From Candidatus Micrarchaeia archaeon (GTDB lineage: Archaea; Micrarchaeota; Micrarchaeia; Anstonellales; J096), in the NCBI GenBank assembly GCA_041500405.1, contig JBGQMB010000018.1, forward strand, positions 1 through 21,096: a DNA stretch of 21,096 nucleotides, given 5' to 3'. A model generated the notes under the pieces. That model ran no database searches. It worked only from the letters and a program-made list of their open reading frames with translations, and was not told the DNA's origin. Every line of letters begins with the position of its first letter. Position 1 is the first letter of the stretch. Positions 9,227 through 15,274 of the stretch are shown here, piece after piece. The translations under genes were made by a program, and so were the position numbers.

Positions 9227-9916
9227 CTATCCGATTTCCTCGACTCTCTTTTTGACTTCGGGGCTTTCCAGCTCCCTGAGCGCGTCCTTGGATATCCATT
9301 TGGAGGACTTTGAGCTCATCTTCGCAATGCCTTTCGCGGTCTTTATCGCCATCCTGTTGAGCTTTGCGTTTCTCTTTCCGATTTGCCTGAGCGCCCAGTT
9401 GACCGCCTTTTTCACGTAGTTGCGCTCATCGCCCGATTCGCGCTTTATGGCATCAAGGAAATTTACAAAGCCCAGGTCCATGACGCCGCTGTCCTTCTGC
9501 GCAAGGCACGCCATCAGCGTGAAGCTCGCCCTTTTCACGAACTCCTCGCGCCGCTTGCTCCATTCCTGCGCCTTTTTCCTTGCGAACGGCGTTTCGCAGA
9601 ACAGGTTCATGCACACCTGGTCGCACAGGTCCCACGAGTCAAACGAAATGACCTGGTGCTCCATCTGCATTTCCGACACCTTTTCAGGCTCGTCAATAAT
9701 GGAAGACAATATCATGGCCTCGTGCATCCCGGAATTCCAGAGCTCAATGGCGAGCGAATGGTTTTTTGGGATTGATTTCGCAAGCTTCCTCAGGTCAACG
9801 ATGCTTATGCCGAACGCCGTTTCAACGTTTATGCCAAACCGCGCCATGCCAGCCCTGTTCTTCTCGTTTTTTTTGCTTTCCATCCAGGCCATTATTTCTT
9901 GGAATGACATCGCCAT
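9227..9916 (-). CDS. DNA alkylation repair enzyme (AlkD-like HEAT-repeat family)
   Basis: GMARFGI, LAIELWNSGMHEA, FDSWDLCDQ, W..RREEFVKRA and DERNYVKKAVNWALRQIGKRN. Confidence 0.88.
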   Translation of the reverse strand: MAMSFQEIMAWMESKKNEKNRAGMARFGINVETAFGISIVDLRKLAKSIPKNHSLAIELWNSGMHEAMILSSIIDEPEKVSEMQMEHQVISFDSWDLCDQVCMNLFCETPFARKKAQEWSKRREEFVKRASFTLMACLAQKDSGVMDLGFVNFLDAIKRESGDERNYVKKAVNWALRQIGKRNAKLNRMAIKTAKGIAKMSSKSSKWISKDALRELESPEVKKRVEEIG

Positions 9917-9938
9917 ATCCTATTATAGGGCTTGAACC

Positions 9939-9946
9939 TTTATAAT
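9939..9946. promoter_or_regulatory. Putative bidirectional TATA box shared by the alkD-like gene and endA
   Basis: TTTATAAT on plus and ATTATAAA on minus, equidistant (22 intervening nt each side) from ATG 9916 (-) and GTG 9969 (+). Confidence 0.45.
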
Positions 9947-9968
9947 CTCTTTGCTTCACCATGATAGC

Positions 9969-10994
9969 GTGATTTCGGCGCAGGGAAAAAAGCTTGTCCT
10001 TTCAGAGAGGGCAGAGCAGAGCAAGGCCCTGAACTTCGGGCTCGGCGAGCTGAAGGGCGGAATCCTTTACCTTGAGCCGGTTGAGGCGCTCTACCTTCAC
10101 GAGATAAAGGGGTTTGAAGCTGAAAACATCGGGACGCTTTTGGAATCTGTCGAGGGCCTGCTGGACAAATACATCGTTTTCAGGGACCTTTCAACGCGCG
10201 GATACAGGACAGGGTTCAGGGCCGGGCCAGCCGGCCAGCCAACAAAGCCCAGCGAATACAGGGGCCAGAAGGCCTCGTTCCAGGGAAAGGCGATAAGGGG
10301 CGCCGCGTCAAAGGGCCTTGTTATCTGTGAAGGCGGCATTGACCTTTACGGAAAATACTGGTTCGGCCAGCATGGCGTATACAAAAGGGAGGGGCTCGGA
10401 AGCGCGCTCATACTTGACCAGTTTGAGGCCGAGTTTTTGAAAAAGCTCGGCTTATTGAAATATTCCGGAAAGCTGAAGAAGATAAGGTATTTTGACGAAT
10501 ACTTCAAGATATACACTGAATGGAGGAGCCTCGGGTTCATACCAAAGGCGGGGTTCAAGTTCGGCGGGGACTTCAGGATATACTTTCCTGGAACAACGCC
10601 ATCCGAGTTTGAGCATTCGAAGCACGTGATGCAGGTTTTCCCTGAAAAATACACGATCGGCGCCGGGGAATGGGCGCGCGCGGTAAGGATTTCGCACGGC
10701 ATAAGGAAGACGTTCATACTCGCGATACCGGAGCTGGTCTCAAGGGTTCCGTTCAAGCCGGACATGTTCGCCGAAAGGGAGGGCGCGGGATACGCGGTAA
10801 AGGTTTTCTACGAATCAGACATCATAAGCGGGAGGGCGCTCCATTCCGCATTGTCATATTGCGCGGAAAAGGGAATCAAGATGTTAATAGCGATTGTGGA
10901 TAGGGACACATCGGTCTCCTATTACACGGTTGAGCGGGTCCTTTTGGAAGGAAGCAAGAACATGTATTTTGAGATTGGCTGGTTCAGGCCCTAA
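9969..10994 (+). CDS. endA: tRNA-intron lyase (splicing endonuclease), three-unit epsilon2-like architecture
   Basis: N-terminal unit LYLEPVEALYL..KYIVFRDLSTRGY. Catalytic unit with GFKFGGDFRIY (Tyr), EHSKH (His) and RISHGIRK (Lys). Extra C-terminal unit MLIAIVDRDTSVSYY. Inserted loop YWFGQHGVYK. GTG 9969 chosen from TATA spacing; the ORF track uses TTG 9951. Confidence 0.9.
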   Translation: MISAQGKKLVLSERAEQSKALNFGLGELKGGILYLEPVEALYLHEIKGFEAENIGTLLESVEGLLDKYIVFRDLSTRGYRTGFRAGPAGQPTKPSEYRGQKASFQGKAIRGAASKGLVICEGGIDLYGKYWFGQHGVYKREGLGSALILDQFEAEFLKKLGLLKYSGKLKKIRYFDEYFKIYTEWRSLGFIPKAGFKFGGDFRIYFPGTTPSEFEHSKHVMQVFPEKYTIGAGEWARAVRISHGIRKTFILAIPELVSRVPFKPDMFAEREGAGYAVKVFYESDIISGRALHSALSYCAEKGIKMLIAIVDRDTSVSYYTVERVLLEGSKNMYFEIGWFRP

Positions 10995-10997
10995 GTC

Positions 10998-11019
10998 CCT
11001 TTTCTTTGCAAAGAAAAGG
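10998..11019. repeat. Perfect 22-bp palindrome just after the endA stop (terminator- or boundary-like)
   Basis: CCTTTTCTTTG|CAAAGAAAAGG is self-complementary. It is followed by two copies of CTTGGGGAAA (11022-11031, 11049-11058). Confidence 0.75.
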
Positions 11020-11111
11020 CCCTTGGGGAAAAAGAAAGCATAGTGGCACTTGGGGAAAGAAAAGACCGAGAGACCCGAACCGTCGCACAACTGTGGTAAA
11101 ACGTGTTTAAA

Positions 11112-11126
11112 GATATATTTAAAAAG
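11112..11126 (+). promoter_or_regulatory. TATA box of the DGR target gene
   Basis: GATATATTTAAAAAG ending about 23 nt upstream of ATG 11149. Confidence 0.5.
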
Positions 11127-11148
11127 ACTTTGGCGCACATTCATATCC

Positions 11149-11949
11149 ATGGCAGAAACAGTCCAACTGATAAGAGGGAAGAGCCTGGAAATATTCAGAA
11201 CAAACAGCAACGGCCTTTCTGCGCGCGACGCCATAAGGAAGGTCGGCGAGGCAGGGCGTGTGATCGCCTCAAATGCAAGGATTGGCAAGGCGCTTGCAGG
11301 AGATGAATATAAATCAATAAAAGCGGTTTTCCCGTGCTGGACAGGCACGATGACCGCATATGTTGAGCCAGGAACCGCGTTCAACAAGAGCAAAATGTTC
11401 AGCAAGGAACTTCAGGCCATAGTTTATACTGATCCGGAAACAAAAGAGCGCTGGATATTCCCAGTAGGGAATTATAGAAGTGAGAAGAACGCCATCCTGG
11501 TTTCAGAGCATCCGGACTACTCGCTTGAAATCAACGGAAAGGAAATTCTGGTAAAATCAAGCGTCATTGACATTATTCCAAACTTCCCCGAAAAGGACGG
11601 CTGGTATCTCACAGACCCGAAGCATGGCATACCGGTTGGAAGTGAAGTCGGTTCAGATAATCCGAAATCAAGGCATCTGTGGCGGGTTGATGGCGCTGGC
11701 AGGGTCGGCCCTGTTGCCCGCGGCTGCGGCAGCCTCTGCTACGGCGGCAGGGGGCTCGTCCTCATCGGCGACGGGCCGTCGGTCGCTTTCGAGGTGGCGG
11801 TAGAAGCCCCCGAAGGGGGCGCGGCAGTCGAAGCCAAGCCCGCACAGATAACTGTGACAGTGAGCGGCGATACGCTGACTGTCAAGGGAACTCCTGAACA
11901 GCTGAAAGCCGTCCTGGAAATCATCAAATCCGCAAAAAGGCAGACTTGA
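11149..11949 (+). CDS. DGR target (variable) protein, 266 aa, probable C-type-lectin-fold variable domain plus a constant C-terminal extension
   Basis: Contains the VR encoding GPVARGCGSLCYGGRGLVLIGDGPSVAFE, followed by 51 constant residues. ATG 11149 is supported by TATA spacing; the track's TTG 11050 extension runs through the promoter. The fold is inferred. Confidence 0.88.
   Translation: MAETVQLIRGKSLEIFRTNSNGLSARDAIRKVGEAGRVIASNARIGKALAGDEYKSIKAVFPCWTGTMTAYVEPGTAFNKSKMFSKELQAIVYTDPETKERWIFPVGNYRSEKNAILVSEHPDYSLEINGKEILVKSSVIDIIPNFPEKDGWYLTDPKHGIPVGSEVGSDNPKSRHLWRVDGAGRVGPVARGCGSLCYGGRGLVLIGDGPSVAFEVAVEAPEGGAAVEAKPAQITVTVSGDTLTVKGTPEQLKAVLEIIKSAKRQT
11706..11792 (+). repeat. DGR variable region (VR)
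   Basis: CGGCCCTGTTGCCCGCGGCTGCGGCAGCCTCTGCTACGGCGGCAGGGGGCTCGTCCTCATCGGCGACGGGCCGTCGGTCGCTTTCGA aligns gap-free to 12154-12240 with 67/87 identity. All 20 differences are opposite TR A. Confidence 0.97.
11806..11820 (+). other. DGR homing hairpin/cruciform with GAA triloop, inside the coding sequence
   Basis: GCCCCC-GAA-GGGGGC is a perfect 6-bp GC stem starting 14 nt after the VR. It also encodes A-P-E-G-G. Confidence 0.8.
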
Positions 11950-12000
11950 ATAGTGCCCGTAACGCCTTGATTTTTAATTCCTTGTTTTATACTCATAATT

Positions 12001-12135
12001 CCCAGAGTGTGAGGCTGGGCCACACACCCGTCTGTAGTTCCGGCTTAAGCCGGATGTAAAATTCAGCCGCAACACACAGTAAGCCGGTTTGGCGGAAAAC
12101 GTGAAGCGGCGGTGCAGGCTCTTTTGGGCCTTTTT
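12001..12135 (+). ncRNA. Putative structured 5' leader of the TR-containing DGR RNA
   Basis: Non-coding interval downstream of an AT-rich TATA-like tract (11971-12000). It contains the perfect 16-nt palindrome TCCGGCTTAAGCCGGA (12039-12054), a possible long-range pairing GTGTG-A-GGCTG (12007-12017) with CAGCC-GCAA-CACAC (12064-12077), and the hairpin AGGCTC-TTTT-GGGCCT (12116-12131). Confidence 0.45.
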
Positions 12136-12153
12136 GGCAGATGGGTTACCTTG

Positions 12154-12240
12154 CGGCCCTGTTGCCCGCGGCTACAACAACCTCAACTACAACAACAGGA
12201 GGAACGTCAACATCAACAACAGGCCGTCGGACGCTTTCGA
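12154..12240 (+). repeat. DGR template region (TR)
   Basis: CGGCCCTGTTGCCCGCGGCTACAACAACCTCAACTACAACAACAGGAGGAACGTCAACATCAACAACAGGCCGTCGGACGCTTTCGA. It has 26 adenines, with nine AAC codons in the VR reading frame, and ends 33 nt before the RT start. Confidence 0.97.
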
Positions 12241-12273
12241 ATGACCCAGCCCCCTCTGGAAAAGGCGGAGCAT

Positions 12274-13344
12274 ATGAAGACATACAGGAACCTGTATCCG
12301 CAGCTTTGCTCCTATGAAAACCTTGTGCTTGCGTTCAGAAGGGCAAGGAAAAGGAAGACCCACAAACAGTATGTCGTTGAATTTGAGGCGCGCCTTGAGG
12401 AAAATCTCATGCGGCTTAAGCACGAACTGGAAACGTTTTCATATCGGCCGGCGCCTGTTGCCACATTTATAATAAAGGACCCGAAGACAAGGCGGATAAG
12501 CGCATCGGATTTCCGCGACCGCGTCGTGCACCACGCGCTATGCAACATAATCGGCCCGGTTTTCGAGAGCAGGTTCATCTTCGACTCGTTTGCCAACAGG
12601 AAGGGCAAGGGAACACATTCGGCGATAATAAGGTTTGAGAAATTCATGCGGGGCGTTTCGCTGAACAGAAGGAATTGTACGGACGATATGCATCCACACG
12701 GCAATGCGGTAATCGGCTATGCCTTGAAAGCGGACGTAAGGCACTATTTTGACACCGTGGATCATCGGATTCTGCTTAGCATAATCAAGCGCCGCATAAT
12801 GGATCCAAGTGCGCTTTGGCTGATAAGGATAATCCTCGAGCATCACAAGTCCGCCGCCCCAGAAAAGGGCATGCCGCTCGGCAACTTGACATCTCAGCTC
12901 TTTGCCAACATATACCTGAACGAGTTAGACCAGTTCGTGAAGCATGCGCTGAAGGCCAGATATTATATGCGCTATGTTGATGATTTTGCCATTCTCCACC
13001 GCGACAGGAAAACGTTGGAATGCTGGAAAGGCGGAATATCCGCCTTTCTTGAGCAATGCCTTAATTTAAGCCTGCATCCGGAAAAATCAAAGGTCATTCC
13101 GCTCAGGAATGGCATAACGCTGCTTGGCTTCAGGGTATTCTGCCATTACAGGCTGCTCAAAAAGAGCAACGTCCGCCGCATCTGGAAACGCCTCAGGTTA
13201 TTCAAGCGGAAATTCAATAAAAGCGAAATGGAGAAGACAGAGATTGAGCAGAGCATGGCCGGCTGGTTCGCCTATGCCGCTTTCGCCAATTCATACAGCC
13301 TGAGGCAAAGGGTCGCTGCACGTCTAAATGGGCTTTTTGGATAG
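12274..13344 (+). CDS. DGR reverse transcriptase (356 aa)
   Basis: KTRRISASDFRDRVVHHAL, DSFANRKGKGTH, ALKADVRHYFDTVDH, the DGR-type GMPLGNLTSQLFANIYLNELD, catalytic YMRYVDDF, LHPEKS and GITLLGF. GGAG RBS at 12267-12270 precedes ATG 12274. Confidence 0.96.
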   Translation: MKTYRNLYPQLCSYENLVLAFRRARKRKTHKQYVVEFEARLEENLMRLKHELETFSYRPAPVATFIIKDPKTRRISASDFRDRVVHHALCNIIGPVFESRFIFDSFANRKGKGTHSAIIRFEKFMRGVSLNRRNCTDDMHPHGNAVIGYALKADVRHYFDTVDHRILLSIIKRRIMDPSALWLIRIILEHHKSAAPEKGMPLGNLTSQLFANIYLNELDQFVKHALKARYYMRYVDDFAILHRDRKTLECWKGGISAFLEQCLNLSLHPEKSKVIPLRNGITLLGFRVFCHYRLLKKSNVRRIWKRLRLFKRKFNKSEMEKTEIEQSMAGWFAYAAFANSYSLRQRVAARLNGLFG

Positions 13345-13375
13345 AAAAGCATCTTTTTCAAAGAAGTTTCTTTTT
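13332..13375 (+). terminator. Probable terminator of the RT transcript
   Basis: Short stems GCTTTT/AAAAGC (13332-13350) and AAAGAA-GT-TTCTTT (13360-13373), with T-tracts just after the RT stop. Confidence 0.4.
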
Positions 13376-13457
13376 ATGGGCTCTGGCAACGACGTCTGCC
13401 AAAGCTTTAAAGCAAGGAATTAGTTTATCCGCCATGGAGGCTAGCGAAACATGCCCG

Positions 13458-13500
13458 CGCATATCATATTTATATATTTTTGCTATCAAAATGATATGCG
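13458..13500 (+). promoter_or_regulatory. TA operon promoter with inverted-repeat operator
   Basis: CGCATATCAT (13458-13467) and ATGATATGCG (13491-13500) form a perfect 10-bp inverted repeat bracketing TATA box TTTATATA (13469-13476). TATCA-AAA-TGATA is nested at 13484-13496. GGTGAGG RBS follows. Confidence 0.7.
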
Positions 13501-13508
13501 GTGAGGCA

Positions 13509-13760
13509 ATGAACATACTTGTAAGGCTCGAGGGGGTTCCGGAAAAGGCCCTTGAATTCATGATAAGCAAGGGATTCTTCAAGACAAAGAACGAGGCGAT
13601 AAGGGCGGCCCTGGTCGGCATGGCAAAGGAATATTCGCTGCTCAACGACGAGGATTTCCTTGCCGCAATAAAGCTGCGCGGCCTTGAGGCAAGGCGGAAA
13701 GCAGGAAAGCTCAGGACCGAAACCCTTGGCGAAGTCAGGAAAAGATACGGGATAAAGTGA
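13509..13760 (+). CDS. Ribbon-helix-helix antitoxin (83 aa)
   Basis: MNILVRLEG..ALEFMISKGFFKTKNEAIRAAL fits the RHH (G-x-F/Y-x-x-x-x-E-A-I-R) pattern. GGTGAGG RBS upstream. The stop overlaps the next start (GTGA). Confidence 0.8.
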   Translation: MNILVRLEGVPEKALEFMISKGFFKTKNEAIRAALVGMAKEYSLLNDEDFLAAIKLRGLEARRKAGKLRTETLGEVRKRYGIK

Positions 13761-14017
13761 AGTATGAAATAATATTCGGCGAAGGATGGGAGCGTTTTTT
13801 CTCCTTTCTCGACAATTCAGTAAAGAAAAACATCCTGCGCAGAATAGGGCGCATGGCCGAAATGCCGCCAGGAAGGCATCTCCGCTTCGGCTCCGGGTTC
13901 TTTGTCGAGGAAATCGGGCAGTACAGGATACTGTATGCCGTTGATGGGCAAACAAAGATAATCTATTTTGTCGGGACGCACAAGGATTACGAAAAATTCA
14001 TAGGCTTGAGGAAATGA
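13757..14017 (+). CDS. RelE/ParE-family toxin (86 aa)
   Basis: MKYEIIF....ERFFSFLD....KNILRRI...IGQYRILYAVD..TKIIYFVGTHKDY fits the RelE fold pattern. Translationally coupled to the antitoxin. Confidence 0.82.
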   Translation: MKYEIIFGEGWERFFSFLDNSVKKNILRRIGRMAEMPPGRHLRFGSGFFVEEIGQYRILYAVDGQTKIIYFVGTHKDYEKFIGLRK

Positions 14018-14021
14018 GCGT

Positions 14022-15119
14022 TCAGTTCCTCGTGACCAGCGTTATTATGTCGCCGTCCTTCAAGACGTGGTCTCCGCCCACGCGCTGGCCCCCGAACTTT
14101 GCGCTCGGCCCCCAAACAAGGCAGTAGCGCAGGCTCTTCGCAAGCTCCCTGTGCAGGACCTTCGCGGCCTCCCTCACGGTTGATCTGCTCTTGAGCATCA
14201 TCGGCTTTTCCATATCGGGCTTTCCCCCGGCCGGCTTCGTGAAAACGCGGATGAAGTCCAAATCCCTGAAAATCCTTTCCTTGAGCAGCTCAAGGCCCGT
14301 CTGGTCCTTCGCAGAGACGAAAACGGCATCCCTGAACTTCCTTTTCAGCTCGTCCCTCATTTTGTCGTCGGCAAGGTCTATCTTGTTGATTATCACTATC
14401 ATTTTCGAGTAAATCCTGTTTCTTTCAAGCGCATCTATGAACCTGTCCGCGTCAACGTCCTCACGGACAATCACGGTCGCGTTGTGGATGCTGTATTCGT
14501 TGAGTATCCCCTTCATGGTCCTGTCGTCGATTTTCGTTATTTTCCTTGTCTTTATGATGTTGAGCCCTCCGCGCGGGTGCTTCTCAACTGTCACATCAGG
14601 GAACTTCTCGTTCAGCCTCATGCCCACGCCCCTGAGCTCCCTCATTATGGCGTTGAACTCCTTTTCCGCGGAAAACGGGGTCAGTATTATTATGAGCATG
14701 TCCGAGCTTCTTGCCACGCCGATGATTTCCCTTCCCCTTCCCTTTCCCTCCTTCGCGCCCTCTATTATTCCCGGAAGGTCAAGAATCTGGATTTCGGTCT
14801 CATTGTACTTCATCATGCCCGGAATCACGGTAAGCGTGGTGAACGCGTATTCCGCGACCTTGCTTTTCGCGTTTGTAATGCTCGTCAGTATCATTGATTT
14901 TCCGACTGAAGGGAAGCCTATGAGCGCAACGGTCGCGTCGCCGGTCTTTATTACGTCAAAGCCGCCCCCGCCTCCGCCGCCCTTGCCCCTTTCAAGCTGC
15001 GCCCGCCTGAGCTTGGCTATCTTTGCCTTGAGCAGTCCGATGTGGTGCTCCGTAGCCTTGTTCTTCTGCGTGCGGAGTATCTCATCCTCGATTTCCTTGA
15101 TTTTTTCCGGTATTCCCAT
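14022..15119 (-). CDS. DRG/Rbg1-family OBG GTPase with C-terminal TGS domain
   Basis: TQKNKATEHHIGLLKAKIAKL, G1 GFPSVGKS, YAFTTL, G3 DLPGIIEGA, G4 NKID and TGS WGPSAKFGGQRVG.DHVLKDGD. Confidence 0.95.
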   Translation of the reverse strand: MGIPEKIKEIEDEILRTQKNKATEHHIGLLKAKIAKLRRAQLERGKGGGGGGGFDVIKTGDATVALIGFPSVGKSMILTSITNAKSKVAEYAFTTLTVIPGMMKYNETEIQILDLPGIIEGAKEGKGRGREIIGVARSSDMLIIILTPFSAEKEFNAIMRELRGVGMRLNEKFPDVTVEKHPRGGLNIIKTRKITKIDDRTMKGILNEYSIHNATVIVREDVDADRFIDALERNRIYSKMIVIINKIDLADDKMRDELKRKFRDAVFVSAKDQTGLELLKERIFRDLDFIRVFTKPAGGKPDMEKPMMLKSRSTVREAAKVLHRELAKSLRYCLVWGPSAKFGGQRVGGDHVLKDGDIITLVTRN

Positions 15120-15223
15120 CCTGTTTCAGGATTGGGCAATATCGCTTAAAAAGGATGATGTGGCTGGTTACTGTTGCAAACGGTGTTTTATTGTAGTCAA
15201 AACTATCTAAAACACACCAAAGT

Positions 15224-15250
15224 TATTTATATATGTCTGCGATATAAAAA
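15224..15250 (+). promoter_or_regulatory. TATA-like elements upstream of the giant subtilase gene
   Basis: TTATTTATATAT (15224-15235) and GATATAAAAA (15241-15250) precede ATG 15275. Confidence 0.4.
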
Positions 15251-15274
15251 GAACAGGTCGAAGAGGCCTAACCT

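Larger units (their letters stand above)
11149..13344 (+). mobile_element. Diversity-generating retroelement cassette (target/VR - hairpin - leader - TR - RT), no avd in the cassette
   Basis: 87-nt gap-free VR/TR pair differing only at TR adenines, an adjacent DGR-class RT, and a GAA-loop hairpin just 3' of the VR. Confidence 0.95.

Noticed and set aside
11050..11148. 33-codon N-terminal extension of the DGR target from TTG 11050
   Set aside because: It overlaps the repeats and the TATA box positioned for ATG 11149.
11670..11705. 5' extension of VR/TR homology (TGGCGGGTTG versus TGGCAGATGG)
   Set aside because: It needs gaps and non-adenine mismatches. Clean homology starts at 11706/12154.
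12172..12222. AAC/CAA-rich tract resembling a microsatellite or CRISPR-like repeat
   Set aside because: Fully explained as the DGR TR. There is no repeat-spacer periodicity and no cas gene in the window.
12112..12273. Gln-rich N-terminal extension of the RT (LQQPQLQQQEERQHQQQ) in the ORF track
   Set aside because: It is the AAC-rich TR read in another frame. RT-like sequence and a GGAG RBS begin at ATG 12274.
12274..13344. RT as a group II intron or retron RT
   Set aside because: It has LGNLTSQ and YVDD rather than PQG/YADD, no endonuclease domain, and an adjacent A-specific TR/VR pair.
11033..13352. AGAAAGCAT (11033) and AGAAAAGCAT (13343) as target-site duplications flanking the DGR
   Set aside because: Short, imperfect and in A-rich context. 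No integrase or transposase is present.
13509..13760. Small ORF after the RT as the missing Avd
   Set aside because: It has an RHH signature, is only 83 aa, has its own operator, and is coupled to a RelE-like toxin.
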